From the human T2T-CHM13v2.0 reference genome, Homo sapiens: 64,000 nt of DNA. The notes beneath the pieces were generated by a model. The model did not search any database and was not told the DNA's origin. It was given only the letters and a program-made list of their open reading frames with translations. The stretch lies in assembly GCF_009914755.1 (NCBI RefSeq), contig NC_060932.1; one strand, given 5' to 3'. Below, piece by piece: positions 44,293-62,162 of the stretch; the stretch's first letter is position 1; each line of letters opens with the position of its first letter. The position numbers and the translations under genes are program-made.

Positions 44293-44515
44293 GGCAGTGC
44301 CTTCTAGTAGAATGTCCTGTGATAGTGGAAATTTCTGTATCTGCACTAATACAGTAGCCATTATCTACTGTAACTACTGTAACTAATACAGTAGCCGTTA
44401 GCCATGTAACTACTACACTATGACTCAAGGAATTAAGGAGCTAAATTTTTTAAATTGTATTTAATTTTAATTAATTTTAAAGAGACATATACAGCTGGTA
44501 GCTATTGGGCAGCAT
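44293..44515. mobile_element. MER3-like hAT element
   Basis: cagtgccttctagtagaa...ctgtgatagtggaaatttctgtatctgcact...gtagccatta motif. Confidence 0.55.
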
Positions 44516-47500
44516 AACTCTGGGTTATGTATCTAGGAGTTTAATTGCTAGGTGATAGGTTACATAGCCTCAATGCTGATAGATTTCACGAAATTGTGTC
44601 AGATTTATATTCTCAATTGCTGAGTATAAGAGTTTCGTGGCTCTCTGGCAAACAGCCTTAATACTGTTGCATTAGGCACTATACACTTAGGATTATCTTA
44701 GTACTAGATATTTGTGGATGATGTTTAAGGAAAGATATTTTCTCTCTACAACTGGAGGTGATAAACTAATGGATGGTACCTAGTATGATTAGATATGCTT
44801 TCTAATGTATGGCAATTGAAGGGCATTGTGCTACTGTCAGGAAAATATATTAAATTTTCTAATCAAATGTTAGACTATGTAGCCCTTGTTGCTAACTAGA
44901 AGATCATGATTGATACTTTTCCTTAAAGAAACTATCTTTATTCTGATTAATTTGCAAATTAAGTTATTCATATTTTAACATCATACATTAAGAGATTTTA
45001 TGGACTGTTGCTGTATTTTTAAAAATTCATACCTTTCTTTACAAATAGAGAATTGCTTAATGATTATTGTAAGTTTGAGAATACTAACTTCTGTTCCTAT
45101 TCTTTCTTCTTGACCGATTTTATAATATTTGTGAGTCGGAAGTAACTCCATACATTAAAAACCATGTTAAATAATGTGACAACATTTTTTTAAAGGGAGT
45201 TGATTTGTTATATACCACATCTAAAGGTTTTTTTTTTCCTCCTCAAATTTCCTGTTTTAAATCAATTCTAATCTGTTGCCTTGGAATTAGTCTTTATCAT
45301 GTTTAATTTGAAGTCTTACAGTTTTTCATCCAACAACATACAAATACATTTAAATAAAGCATAGTTTTACATTTTATTTTGAAGGCTAGTTCTCATATTG
45401 TTAGGTACAGAACGTAGGCGACAAGAGGGGACTGAATTTATAGTCAGAAGGTGTGGTTTCCCATTTGGACTATGCTGTTTCTCATCCTCCTTACCTAAAT
45501 CATCAGCATCTGTAAAATGAAGTCTACCTATAGCACCCTGTGAGTTGTGATTTATCTACATAATATTGAAACCCCTTTGCAAACCATTAAACTGTAATCA
45601 AATGTAAAGTGGCATTATTAATATTATTACTATCATTTATGTATTTCTGTATTTTGTATTACAAAGCTCTTCATAATTTGGTAGTAGAATTGGAATGACT
45701 GGAAATGAAAGAATGTAATTAAAGAGAAAAAAATTTAAGTGATATAATTAGAGACATAGTAATAAAAATGAATTTGGTTAAGAGATAAAGGGAGATATCT
45801 TTGTTAGAATTGTTATTAAAGGTTTCCCAAACAGTTTGGAATTAGTACTTGTTTACGTACAGTTTAATTTAGCCACAATTTACTTTTCATAAATATTTTT
45901 CTATGATTTTTTCTTATTATGGAAATTATTTAGAAAATTAAGTAGAACTTGACTTTTAAAAAGTAATGTACTATGAACATTTGGGGACCTTATCTGTGCT
46001 CACCTTGGTTCAGATAGCAGAGATACATTGTTCAAAGTTAGAGAGCTGTAATGACCCAAGTATCAGAATGTGGTTTTGAGAATCGATAGGGATGCTAGTT
46101 TAGATAAAAAAGGGAAAAGAGGGCATGTTCCTCAGCCTAGTCCAGACCTTCTGAATCATAATGTCTAAAGATGGGAGCTGAATATTTTGAACAAACTCCC
46201 TGGGTGATTCTTCTGCACTCTGAAGATTAGTACTCCTGCCCTAATCGTTGGTGATGGAACTCAGCATTTGTTTCAGTCTGACAGACAATTATTATATCCC
46301 TGTCCTATTTACTCTCAAAATTACTGTCACTTATGGAGACTTGGTGATAAATATGTAGACATTTAATTTAATCAAGGCATAAAAGTTTTACTTCTTTTTC
46401 ATTCCTATTTTCTGCCTTATTTAACATTTTGTGGATCTCAATTGAGCTATAAGTGAATGAATTTCACTTCTTTACAGTGAATTCCCGAGATATGCCTATT
46501 CAGCAGTGAGTAGTAAATGGTTCAACATGAGCTGTTCCTTATGTAAACATACAAAAGGCCTGACCCAGACTAAATCAATTTAAAAAGGAAAACATTAAAG
46601 CTATGTTTCCTGTTATATACTTAAAGTCTTCTTTGGTTCCTTATGATTACATTATCGACCAACTATTGCAGACTTTATCCTCCTACACCACCTGCTGAAT
46701 GGTTCAAATGGTATGGGATAAGAGTTTCGGAAGGGCAAAGCAATTACAATTATAACTCCTACATTGTAGCCAATAAAGCAGCTTTTTGTGCTAAGGATAA
46801 GGAAGTCATGGGCTTCTTGATTCACCCCCTTTCCTGATTTGAATTGCTACAAGGTTTTAAAGGCTGCAATAAGGAGACAGCAAAGTTCATAGAGCTTTTA
46901 GAAGTATGTGAAGTTGAGACCAGAAAATTTAAGTCCTGTTTATGATAGCAAACATTTCTAGGAAACATTTAATTAGTAAATGAAACAACAATATAACGCT
47001 TTTTTATTATAAGATGTTTACATTGTATTTTTTAAGGCAGACGTTAACATTAGGCATTCTGGTCCTCACCATAGGACCAGCTATAGTCCTTTACCTATGA
47101 TTAGCTGCTTAGTAAAGTATCATTCTATTAGAATTCTTTGCTCTAATTATTCTGCAATTGTTGTTTGTGCTAGGAAAACTTGGTGTACTAAATCAAAGTT
47201 CTCTTGAATAAAATATACTTTCATTTTTGGCATTGTAATCAGAATGTTTTTCACTCCTACAAGTCTTATTTTTAAGTTATAAAGTTCTTTTCTTAGGGAA
47301 GGGAGCTGTAAAATTGTAAAATGATTTTCAGTCTTTGAAAAAATAAATTATTTGTGAATCTTGTGTCTGTAACTATTTACCAAAAACTTTAAAAAAACTC
47401 TAGTGAGCCATGAGATGTGAAATATCTTTCAGAAGACATCTTGCCTTAATATTGCTTAATGAAAGTTAATGTACCCCATAAATTTATACATTATGATTTT

Positions 47501-49599
47501 TCATTAAAAATAAAAATTTTGAAAAGCTAGCATATGGTATTTGAAAACATTTTGAATATGTTTTCTTAATTTCATATTGAAAAAGCAAAAATGCTTTTAA
47601 TATTTCATAATAACCGAAATTGGTTTTAAGTATGTATAGGACAAAACAGGAGTATATCTTACACATTAAAAAATAGAGATTAGTGACTATTTCAAGTTGA
47701 GGGAAAAAATCCTCCTATTTTTTGGAAAATGAAGTAAATCAGTGCATTACTACTGTATTTTCTTATAACGATAAAGAAAAATAAATCTTGGGGATTATGT
47801 AATAAGAAAGAAAAATTAAATTTTTATCTGCCTAAAAAAACTATCCTGTATTTGTTTTATTAGAGAAAAATTAAACCAAACTTGTAAATTTTATACATAT
47901 TAGCTAATTCTTCAAAATATAATATTTTATTAACTCAAACCAATAAGCTAAATGGTCTACCTTTATAATTTGTAATAGAAATTTTCATTTGTACTTGGAA
48001 AACTATCTACAGAGGAGATACATTGATGTTTCCTGGTTTTGATAGCTCAGGAGACTAAGATTGTTGAAGAAACTGTGTTTTAAAGATGCAAGAATATTTT
48101 TATTTCGCCTAAATTTTCCACAATAAAGTTTTTCTTGGCTTAGAAAGTAAGAGGTCTATTGCATACTAACCAGCATACTGTTAAAACACTGTTAAGTTGA
48201 TGAAACAGATCAAATTAGAAAATGTGGGTAGAATTCATTGAGTTTGATTTATTAAATTGAGTATCACTGGTGTTCTCTGCTCAGCTGTTGTTTCTTTTTA
48301 GAATCCTAGTACGTGCTTTATCCAGCTAAGTCTGTCTTATTCTCACTTTCCAGTCATTTTACTTCTATTTGACATTTTATACAGAGTCTGAGGAAAGATT
48401 TCAAAGTAGGGTTTTTTTTCCTGACAATTTTTGAAGTTTTTATGATGTGATGACTTCTGTGCCAGGCTCTCTCTATATTATCTCACTTAATTTTCATAAT
48501 TAAGACAGAAACCCAGGTTTTTCTCTCCTCTTGGCTATTGTGCTACTACAGAATTTATGCAACCTATTTGGCACGGGATAAAATGCCAGTTTGCAAGGCA
48601 AGCCCATCTTGTGGGCTGCACCTCTTCCTCAAACACTGGGCCTCATACAAGTCTCTGATAGTTGGTACAAAACGGCCTGTCTTTGGCTGGAAACCTCCAT
48701 GCCTTATACCATTGCTTTCTCCCCTGCCTCTCTCCAGGCCCGCTGTTCAGAGCCTTTTCAGGGTTTCTAGATGTGCTACTGCCTCACACCTTTCAGCCTT
48801 TGAACCTGCTACTTCCTCTGCTGGAGATTCTTTCTTGTATGAAATGAGATAACTGGGCTTTTTTGAACTTGTTTCTATGTTGCCTTCCTCTTTCCTGGGC
48901 CTCCCAAGTCTGGGTCAGGTGTCCCTTCTATGTGCTTCCAATTTTATTTTATACATAACCTTTTGGAGTATTAAGTGTTGTATAATTGCCTCTAAATCCC
49001 ACATTAGACTGTAAGTGTTATGAGGGCAGGGACCATCCAGGGACCTATTATTCTTAGGGCCTATCACAATACCTGACATACAGTGCCCAATAAATAATGC
49101 AAGTCAGGTCACTGGAGGAAGGGCTGTTTTGATAGGAGAATATAATTTTGAAGTCCTGACTAAGGCTATGAGTAGGGAAGAAACTGGTTGCTTTATACCA
49201 CTTACTACTTTACTAGCAGTTTTATTTTATAACAATATGGTTTTAAAATAGAGTCATTTTCATGTAGAAAAAGAGTTATAGAAGAAGTAATGTTATATTT
49301 GGTAGGAGAAATTAGAGGACGCTATATTAATAGAAATATCTTCTAGGGACAGTGACGACTAGGAGAGATTTTTTTTTTTTTTCACAGTAAGCCGTAAAAT
49401 CTTTGTTGCTATAAATCTTCCTATTCATTTAACTATTTAATCTTCACAACATCCTAGTTATGTTTCCTTTTTTCTTGCGAATAGTATATTTTGCCTTCTA
49501 TCTTTATCTTTTTTTCCCTTTAATGCTAGAAATTTGTCTATTTTTGGCTTTGTTGATCTTTTTTATTGTGCTCTATATCCTTCCCTCTTTCTTGTAGTT

Positions 49600-51950
49600 T
49601 ATTCTACTTTTTATGTTCAGCTTATTGAGACTTTTTTATTTGCTAAAACTAGTATTTTAGACAATAAATTATCCTGTGCCACTTGAACTGCATCCTACAA
49701 TGTTTAATGCATAACATTTGCTTTTAAGTATTAACTTTTATTATGATTTTTTTGACCAGTGGATGACTCATTTAGAAGTGTGTTTTAAAATTTCTAAACA
49801 TAAGCAGTTTTGTGAATTCTCTTCTTTAATAAAATATCTAACTGAATTGTATTGTGCTCAGAGGATACAGTCTATATGATACTAATTCACTGAAATGTAC
49901 TGAGGCTAGCTTTATGGCCTAGCAGGTTGTCGGATTTTATAAATGTTCCTGTGTGCTTGAGAAAAATATGTATTCTCCAGTTGTCAGATACTGTGTTCTG
50001 TAAATGTTCACCTCATCACACATATTATGTTTTTCAATTTTTCTGTATTTTTCTTCTTACCTGCTTAGAGGGTTAAAGTTTTCCACCATGGAGGACAGAT
50101 TTGTCAGTTTCTCCTTGTAGAGCTATCAGTTTTTCTTTTATATGTTTTGAGGCTGTTTTTACAAATAAATTTAGAATTGTCTTAACCTCCAAATGTACTG
50201 AATCTTTTGTCTTCAGGCAGTAACTCTATTTTTAAATAGAGTTAAAGTCTATGTTGTATAATGTAATGTAAATTTAATTACTTAAGTTTTTTGTCAAATG
50301 TTTGCTTAGTATATATTTTTGCATATGTTGACTCTTTCTGTGCCCTAAAGTTTTAGGTGTGCCTCATAAAAAACAGAATATTGATTGATTTATTAAATGC
50401 AATCTGACAGTTCTTATCTTTTAATGGGAGAGTTTAAATTATTTATATTTATGCTGCTTATTATGTTTGGATTTTTATTTGTATCTTCTTCTTAGGTGCT
50501 TTCTACTTGCCCAACTTTGGTTTTTCATTTCTGACATTCTAATTTTTATTTATTTGGAAGTTATGTGTTCCATATCTGTTATTTTAGTGGCTACTCTGGC
50601 TATGTTAACATGTGTACTTAACAGAAGTCTGAAGTTAATATCTTTTTCTTCTTCTTCAACAATACAAGAAACTTAGAACATTTTATCTCAAATTATCTGG
50701 TCCCCTTATTTATATATTATTATCCAGTGTCTTATTTTTGGCCTGTTTTCTCATCACAATTTAGACATCATTATTATTAATTTAAACATAATATATGTTT
50801 AGACTTAGTCATATATTTACCAATGTCTTCCTTATGATTATTTCTTGGGATACTTTGGGCTGCCTGGATTTAGGGCTTGGCATTTTTCAATAATTGTGGA
50901 ATAATTATAAGACATTATCTCTTCAAATATTGCCTCCTCCTTGTTCTGTCTATTACCTCCCTCAAGCTTTAATTAAGCATTTTTTAGACTTTCTCTCTCT
51001 ATTCTCCATGAATCTTAACCTTCTTTCATTTATAGTATTTCCTTGTCTCTTTGGATTAAATTCTGGATTTCATTGGACCTTTCTTTTAATTCACTATCAC
51101 TTTAGCTGGGCTTAATCTGCTTGAGTTTTATTTTTTTTCTCATTTGTAGTTCTACATGGTTCTTTTTAAAGTCTTGTTCCCTGCTCATACTTTGAAGATG
51201 CTTTTTTACTTTTTAAATAATTATTTTATATTTTATGTTTGCTAGTCTGTCCATTGTTACTGCTGTTGTGTGAATTGTGAATTTTGTCTGTGAGTGTCTC
51301 ATTTCACTTGGAACCTGATCTGTGGAAGTTCTTTGAGTTGAAATTGATTTCATCCCAAGAGACTGTGCTTTTACTTTTGCCTTTACATGTCATCTGGCAG
51401 CACTGTCTACCTGGAGCAAGACTGTCCAGACTGAATTTTTGTTCATACCATATGTGAGACTCAAACTTCCAAGTCCTGGCTCATGACTGCAAAATCTTGG
51501 AACATTGCTTTTTAGTTTGGGTTTTGTGGGTTGGTTGGTTTTTATTTTGTTTTTTTTTTTTTCCCCTTTACCCATTAGTAAGGTAAAGACAGGTAAGTTG
51601 ATAAATTACCTTGTCCATTTCTACATGAGCATAAGGAGAACTGTTGCTTTAAAAAATATATTTTGAAATATAGATTCATAAAGAATTACAAAAAATATTT
51701 GGAGAAGTCCTGTGTGCACTTTACCCAGTTTCCCTCAATGGAAACGTCTTGTATAACTATAGTACAATATCAAGACCAGGAAGTTGACATTAGTACAATC
51801 AATACACAGTTGTATTCAGATTCTGCCAATTTTACATGCACTTAGTTGTGTTAATGTATATAGTGCTCTCTGTAATTTTGTCACATGTAGATTCATGTAA
51901 CCACCATCACAATCAAGATACAGAACTGTCCTATCACCACAGAGGTCCGT
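49600..51950 (-). mobile_element. Highly diverged old L1M fragments
   Basis: Motifs such as gcttgagaaaaatatgtattctccagttg and ttatctcttcaaatattg, plus an L1MC/ME-like 3' end at 51660-51950. Boundaries are approximate. Confidence 0.55.
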
Positions 51951-54900
51951 AGAAGGGCTGTTTCTAATTCACCCTTTCACTACTGGTGACCCTTCGTGAT
52001 CTCAGCTTTATGTGAATTGTCTTCTATTAAATAGATTCATCATTTGCGTGAGCCCTGAGCTTCATCTCCTCCTGTGCAGTTAACAGAGCAGAAAATCAGT
52101 ATCTGCAGGATTTAGCAGAAAACCTTAGAGTAAAAGCCAGCTTTGGCAGGTGCTTATTTATCATGGTTCCTGGTTTCACATTATTTGGGAGACTTCCCAG
52201 CTTCTGTTATTCTGTTATTGGTGTTGGCTCCAGGATGTGTCTGAAAAAATACTTTAGATTTGTTAAAGCAATTTGTTATGAGAGCCAGGAGGTTCATTCA
52301 GAGTTTCTAATATGCCATATTCAGAAATAGGTGATACTAGAAATGTTAAGGAACATTTATCTTTATCGTTTTCGTTGCAGTTCATTCATAAAGTGGATTT
52401 TGTTTTATCTTGATACTTGTGCATCTGTGATTAGTTGGTGATTTAAATATGCTGTTCATTCAGAATCATATAAGATAATATACTTCCATAATAGTCATAA
52501 AATCTACAAGGTACTTTATGAATAGTTTTTCAATTACACATATATTTTATTTATCTTTATAATAGTCATATCAAAATAGCTAAAGCACAGAGAAGTTAAA
52601 TAATTTCTGCAAGCTCATGATCATTGGAAAGTCTGAGACTAAAACTCACATAAATCAGCTGCTTATCCTACTTTCCCCAACTGAGATTTGGAAGGTTTTG
52701 CAATTAACTTTTAAGTTGGATTTATATACTCAAATATTATAAATTACTCTGAATTTTTTCAAATCAAGTATGTCACATATATGTCAATATATCAAATATA
52801 TAGTTTAATTTTAAAAGCAAGCAATAAGAAAAAATATAGAAATACTAATCCTAATCCCTAAAAGTTTGAAATTTGAAAATTACCATTTTTGGAAGTATCT
52901 GGCTATCACTCAAAATGGAAAGTATTTTTGCATAGGGAAGAAGAACCTGTGGGAAATAATTGATAAATGATGGCAGGAGAAACATAGCTTAATTTAAGTC
53001 CAAAAAAAAAATGGGAAATTTCAAGCCTAAAAGCAATGTAAAAGTCTGATGAAACTTGGTGTTTTTGTGATTGTAATCTTGTTAATTATACAGCTTTTCC
53101 ATGTATCAAGGGAAATAGGAAATCGGTTGTTTACATTGGGATTAGGTTGATTTGTCTTTTAATATAGCACTAATTTTGTTTTCATTTTTTTTCCTTCAAA
53201 GGTATTCTTAAAGTATTTTAGTTCACCTTAAAAATATGTTTAGGGAGTTTATTTAAAATGTAGAGAGCATTGGCTGTTTTAAAATAGGTAAAAGTAATGT
53301 TTATATGGTGAGTAATAATCTAGGGAAATAGGTTAGGCCATCAACTGCCTCAGATATTTGCTGGCTATCAGAATTTATGTGGCCCTGATTCAAAAGTTTA
53401 GTCTTTTAAAGACTATGTGCTCTTATTGCTGTGTACAGATAGGTTCTCCGCCTGAGATTTGTAAAGATTTATGTCAGTACAAATCAGTGAATTGAAACAG
53501 CATTTACCTGTTGCTAGATAGTATAGATAGTTCCTGACCTCAAGAAATGTGTGGTATATTTGGGAAGACTGATAAGTCAATGTGGTATTATTATATTTAC
53601 AAGCATAGAGAGACCCTAAGAACAGAGATTTGGGAAAGGGGAGTTTGGAGGAAGGGTGATCAGGAAAAGCTTCATAAAAACAGAGTTAGCTGAGCTGGGC
53701 CTTTAAGAATTAACAAAATTACACCAATATTTAAATGAAACTAGAACATTCTTCTACAGAGAGACTCTCAAAATGCCTCTCCTTCATACCCCCACTGTCA
53801 TTCATTCCTTTTCTCTTTACCTTAAGGCAAATTGAAAGGATTAATGGCCCACTTATGAGCCCTATTTCTCATGCAGTTCTTGAGTTTGTATAAAATTTTA
53901 GTTCACCTTTCCTGTAATTTTTCTAAGTTAGAAAGGAGAAAACACAGATCCAGCTCCTACCTTAGGAATCATGAGAATTATCCTCAGTTTCTCTGGCTCC
54001 TGCTTTGGCTTGTTGACCAGTGGCTGTTTGTTCCCCTTTTCCCGTGTTCATAACTCTTTCTGACATCTCACTAGCTGAGCCACTTGCTTATTCCACTCAG
54101 GTCTGCTCCTTGCTTCTCTCTTCACTTGAATTAATTAATGTCAGCCCTCACCTTGCCTGGCCCAGTCCTGAGCAGCTGGCCCAGACACCCGTTGTCTTGA
54201 GTCTGAGCAGTCATTCACTGTCCATTATCATTTAACCAGCCTCTGGGAGTGCTTGTTCTGACCTCCACACCTTCTTAGTCAACCAAGGCATAAACTGAAT
54301 CAGATTTTGCCTTTTTCTATACTTTTCACACTAGGACCCCCATCACCTCCCAATAATAAGTTTCGTTAGTGTTCAACTGATGTAATTAACTTAATTGTAT
54401 TTTTTTCTAATGTCTGTAATTGAAGCTTTTAAAAATATTTCTACTAGTAAGGCTATTTTTATTCTCTTTGTTATTTCAACTTTTCTTCTGATAAAAACTT
54501 TTATGGGGGCCAAAAGCTATTTTTTCTTTTGATCATCTACTTTAAAACTTTTCTGAACCAACAAAACTTAACATAAGAAAAAAGCCCCAAATTCAGGCAG
54601 ACTTAAGTTTTCTCTGGCTCTCAAACTTTGTGCTTCCCACCCTACCTTATTGCCTTGCTATTTTACTCTAAAACCTTCATGAAAATTTTTATGTATTTAC
54701 TTCCTTTAATTTAACTTTACAGATTATTTTATTCATTTACTTAGCAGTGGACCCAATAGGATCAACGTTGTATGTTCCAACTCTATATAGGGCAGTAAAC
54801 CTCTCTGTTATTCTACATCAGAAACCTTGTCATTTCTCAACAACTACATTTGGGTTATATAAAGAATGAAGAGCAAGGGTTGAAGGGGTGAAATAGATTA

Positions 54901-55422
54901 AGAAGGCTCCATTACCTTTCCTAACAAGAAATCAAAGCTCAGAAGAAAGTAGACGATTAGCAAGGGAAAGGGTTTTGAGTAAAAAACAAAAAACAAACAA
55001 ACAAAAAACCCTGTATTTGTGTTGTAGTTTTGTCCCATACTAGTTTTGTAACTTTAGCTGTCTTTCAAACTCTGTGAATTATTTTCTCATTGGTAAAAAT
55101 GGACATAAAATAGAACCTCAGAGCATCTCAGGGATTGAAATCATGTATGTGAGAGTACTTAGAAAAAGAGTAACGTGCCAGGAATAACATAATAAATCAT
55201 TATAGTGTAGATTACTGTAAGTGATAAGTTTTGGATATGTTTTCAAGTCATAATATGTACTAACTTTCTGAAACCTTTTTCATAGATGTGCCCCAGTTTA
55301 TTCATCAGTAATCCAAAGGAAAAAAATGGTATTGACATTATGTTAGTGAACAAAATAAACATAGAATGGTTATTTTATCTGTTTTCTTGTTTTTATTTTT
55401 GTTTTTTTCGCTGCCTTTACAG

Positions 55423-55626
55423 GAGAGCCTTGAACTTAGGAATTCTTCGAGATCCTGGATCAGAAATCGAAGACAGACAATACCAAATAGATCTGCAGTC
55501 CATCAATATTGGTACTGCACAGTGGCATCAACTAAAACCAGAGAAGGAAAGTGTCTCAGGAGGGGTGGTAACAGAGACTGAAAGGAATTCTCAAAATCCA
55601 GCCCTTGAGTGGAATATGGCCAGCAG
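55423..55626 (+). CDS. VPS13B: VPS13B coding exon (~exon 31, 204 nt): RALNLGILRDPGSEIEDRQYQIDLQSINIG...NPALEWNMAS
   Basis: Strong pyrimidine tract, then ctttacag|G; donor CAG|gtagga. Phase 2 at both ends; CA+G completes the Gln from the previous exon. Confidence 0.93.
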
Positions 55627-56111
55627 GTAGGAAATGATTGAGAAACTTTCTACTCTTTCTAATACTTCATTGCCAGAATAGTTGGTGATACAATCTTTAG
55701 CATGTCCAACCAACCTAAGTATTTTGGTATTGCTTCTGCTTTTCATTATAAGCATAAAAAATATTTTGTAATTGTAGCTGATGATTTGGCATGGAAACCT
55801 GCTAGTCCTACCAGTGTTACACTGAAATTATTACAAATTTAGGATTATGTTAGCATAGAAAAAAAAAAGCTTACTATTTATTGAAAGAATCTACTTCAGG
55901 CTAAAGGATACACATTTTCTCTTAAAATCTATTGTATTTGGGTCAATTGTTTGATGTTTAGACTCTCCTTTTTGCTTATAATAACAAGAAAAATTAATGA
56001 ATACTCTGCAAAGTTATGTTTAAGTTAGAGTGTGGGGAAAAACAAGAGTTTCTGGCTCTAGGGTTTTTTCCATCCACTTTAACTAAAAGCAACTATGTTG
56101 ATAGATCTTTT

Positions 56112-56690
56112 TAAATTTTTTTTATTTCAATAGTTTTTTGGGTACAGGTAGTTTTGGGTTACATGTATAAGTTATTTAGGGGTGATTTCTGGGATCTTGG
56201 TACACCCATCACCTGAGTAGTATACACTGAGTCCAATATGTAGTCTTTTATCCCTCACTCCCCTTCCTCACCACCCCCACCCCTGAGTCCCCAAAGTCCA
56301 TTATATCATTCTTATGACTTTGCATTCTCATAGCTTACCTCCCACTTATAAGTGAGAATATATGATACTTGGTTTTCCATTCCTGAGTTACTTCCCTTAG
56401 AATAATGGCCACCAGTTCCATCTAAGTTGCTGCAAAAGACATTGTTTCATTCTTTTTTATGGCTGAGTAGTAGACCATGGTGTATATATACCACATTTTC
56501 TTTATCCACTCATTGGTTGACGGGCACTTCGATTGTTTACACCTCTTTACAATTGCGAATTGTGCTGCTATTAACATGTGTGTGCATGTGTCTTTTTCAT
56601 ATAATGACTTATTTTCCTTTGAAAAGATACCTAGTGGTGAGACTGCTGGATTGAATGGTAGTTCTACTTTTAGTTCTTTAAGAAATCTCG
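56112..56690 (-). mobile_element. L1PB-like 3' end
   Basis: Antisense ORF2 end (ORF 56422-56700) and L1PB-type 3' UTR. Confidence 0.85.
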
Positions 56691-57377
56691 TAGAGAACAT
56701 TTTTAAAGGAAGTAGTCCTGAATGTGTACTCTTAACGATTTATAGTCACTGCCACCTTTCCCAGGCTACTTGTGGTTCTCATCGGAGAAATAGGTAGAAT
56801 CATTTGCTAGAAAGGCGGTATTAGGCATTAAAGCTACATACCTTTATATTGTAAAACTAGAGGTCTTTATGATTTTAAGAAAGTATTAATTATTTTTCTT
56901 CTGCTTTTCTCTTTATAAAATAGAATCAGTAATACCTGTTGCTTGTAACATACCGTGGTGGTTTATTGATTGAATTTCTTGAAAACATCTTCTGAAGACT
57001 TCATTGTATGGCTTTTGCAATTCTGATTGCTTAGGTTCTGCCCTTTTCTACCAAAACTACATTTGTCCATGTCTTGGCAATAATAATAGCAGCAACATTA
57101 ATAATGGATTATGCAACGCTTATCACTTTACCCAGTTTATTTAACTTAATTTTCACAATAATGCTACCAGGTAATAACTGTTATTTTCCCTAATTATACA
57201 TGAAGAAACTAAGGCCTACAAAAGATAAATAATGTATCAAAAACCAAACAGTAAAATATAGTTTGTACTCCTTAGGTCTTTATATGTGATCTTCTCTGTA
57301 CCTGTAACTGTCATAACCCACCCTCTTCACTTGCCTAGCTCCTATCATTTAGCAAGCCTCAGAGTAGACATCATGTT

Positions 57378-59374
<1,997 letters not shown>

Positions 59375-60406
59375 TCATTTGTGTGTGCTCCTATCACATC
59401 ACTTAACATATTTTATTCTAATTACTTATATAACTACCTCTGGGTCCTGAGGACAGAGATCATCGCCATCATGTTCATTGATTTATCCCTAGAACATAGC
59501 ACTGCCGTATATAAAATGTATTATTGTAGTCCTTCACTGACAAGCGATTGAATGTGCCCCTGAGAAGGGGTGTAAATTTGGATGAAGAAGCACATACAGC
59601 CAGCCAGGGTAAATTTCAGAGAGGAATGCAATAATGGAGTCATCAGCATGCAACTTGCATGGCAGCTGGGAAGTGAATATTTTCATCATAAAGGAGAATC
59701 TTGGTGGCACACCACAGCATCAACTACACTAATCATAACCTCTAAATATCACATGATAGCATCCAGCTTCAAGCCTTCCTATTCCTTATCTTTACACAGT
59801 TTTCAGATTTAGGAGGTGCCAGCTTATAAAAGTCACAGGTTATTGTGTCTTAAAAATCACAAATTCTATCATAACAAAGAACATGAGCCTTATTTTTCTA
59901 GGAAATTTTATGGCCACCTAGCCTTAGTTGTATCTCTCCTATTTGTTCTTTAATTCATTTAACTTATGGTTTGTGTATGTGTGTATGTGTTTTAATAATT
60001 TATGGAGATAAATTCACATAACATAAAATTAACCATTTAAGGTGAACATTTAGTGGCATTTAGTACATTTACAATATTGAGCAACTACCACCTCTGTCTA
60101 GTTCCAAAACATTTTCTTCACCCCAAAGTAAAATCCGTTGCCTGGTAGGCAGTTTGTCTCTATCTTTCTCCCTCTTTCCAGTTCCTAGCAACCACCAATC
60201 TGCCTCTAAATTCACCAATCTGGATTTATCATGTCTGTATGAATTTATGTATTCTGGAGATTTTATATAAATAGAATCATATGATATGTGACCTTTTATA
60301 TCTGGCCTCTTTCACTTAGCATACTGTTTTGTATATTCATCCAAATTGTAGCATATATCAGTATTTCAATCTTTTTATAGCCGAATAATATTCCACTGTG
60401 TGTATG

Positions 60407-60771
60407 TAAGTGATCTATGATTTATAATGGGTCAATTTAAGATTTTTCAACTTTATGATGATGCAAAAATAATAATGCATTCAGTAGAAACTGTACTTTG
60501 CATACCTGTACAGCCATTCCGGTTTTCACTTTCAGTACAGTATTCAATAACTACATGAGATATTCAGTGTTTTGGTATAAGCTAGGCTTTCTGTTAGATG
60601 ATTTTGCCCAACCAAGGCCAATGTAAGTGTTCTGAACACATTTAAGATAGGCTAGGTTAAGCTATGATGTTTGATTGGTTAAGTGTATTAAATACATTCT
60701 TGACTTATGATGCATTCAACTTACAATGAGTTTGTCAGGATGGAACCCCATTATGAGTTGAGGATCATCTG
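60407..60771 (-). mobile_element. MER47A (Tigger family) element
   Basis: The reverse strand begins cagatgatcctcaactcataatgggg; internal gtaagtgttctgaacacatttaagataggctaggttaagctatgatg. Confidence 0.75.
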
Positions 60772-61179
60772 TACACTACAATTTGTCTATCCATTTATCC
60801 ACTGATGGACATTTGAGCTGTTTCTGCTTTTTGGCTACTGTGAATAATGTTGCTATGGATATTGCTGTACAAGTACCTGTTTTCACATATTTGGGTATAC
60901 ACCTAGAAGTAGAATTACAGGGTCATATGGCAATTTTATGTTCAGCTTTTTGAGAAACTGCCAAACTCTTTTCAACCATAAAATGGCTGAACCATTTTGT
61001 ATTCCCACCAGCAATGTTTGAGGGTTCGTTTCTCCACATTCTTACTAATACTCACTTTTCTTTCTTTCTTTTGTTTTGTTTGTTTGTTTTTTGGTAAGCT
61101 AACACATCATCCTACTGGGTGTGAGGTGGTACATCGTTGTGGTTTTCACTTACATCTCTATAATGATTAATGAACTTGA

Positions 61180-61650
<471 letters not shown>

Positions 61651-61826
61651 TGATTTAGAAATTTTTTTATAATGGAATTTTTTTGTTTATGGTATGAGGT
61701 AAAGGTCCAATTTCATTTTTTAACATATGGGTTTCCGGTTGTGCTGTCATCATTTACTAAAGATACTAGTCTTTCCCCATTGAATGATCCTGTCACCCTC
61801 ATCAAAAATTGACAGAGACTTTTGAT

Positions 61827-62162
61827 GGCTGTGTGTGGTCAAAAATTAACAGAATTTTGATGGCTCATGCTTGTAATCCTAACATTTTGAGAGGCCAAAG
61901 CGGGAGGATCGCTTGAAGCCAGGAGTTTAAGATCAGCCTAGGCAACATAGTGAGACCTTGTCTCAACAACAACAACACAATTTTTTTAATTAGCAGGGCA
62001 TGGTGGCATGCACCTATGGTCCTAGCTTCTCTTGAGGCTGAAGCAGGAGGATCAGTTAAGCCCAGGAGTTCAAGGCTGCATTGCGCTATGATCATGTCAC
62101 TTCACCTCCATCCTCGTCAACAGAGCAAAACCCTGTCTCAAATAAATAAATGAGTAATAAAA
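61827..62162 (+). mobile_element. Alu (AluJ-like)
   Basis: Diverged dimer, flanked by agacttttga on both sides. Confidence 0.88.

Noticed and set aside
50221-50244. 11-bp palindrome taactctattt/aaatagagtta
   Set aside because: Short, AT-rich and inside an old L1; plausibly chance.
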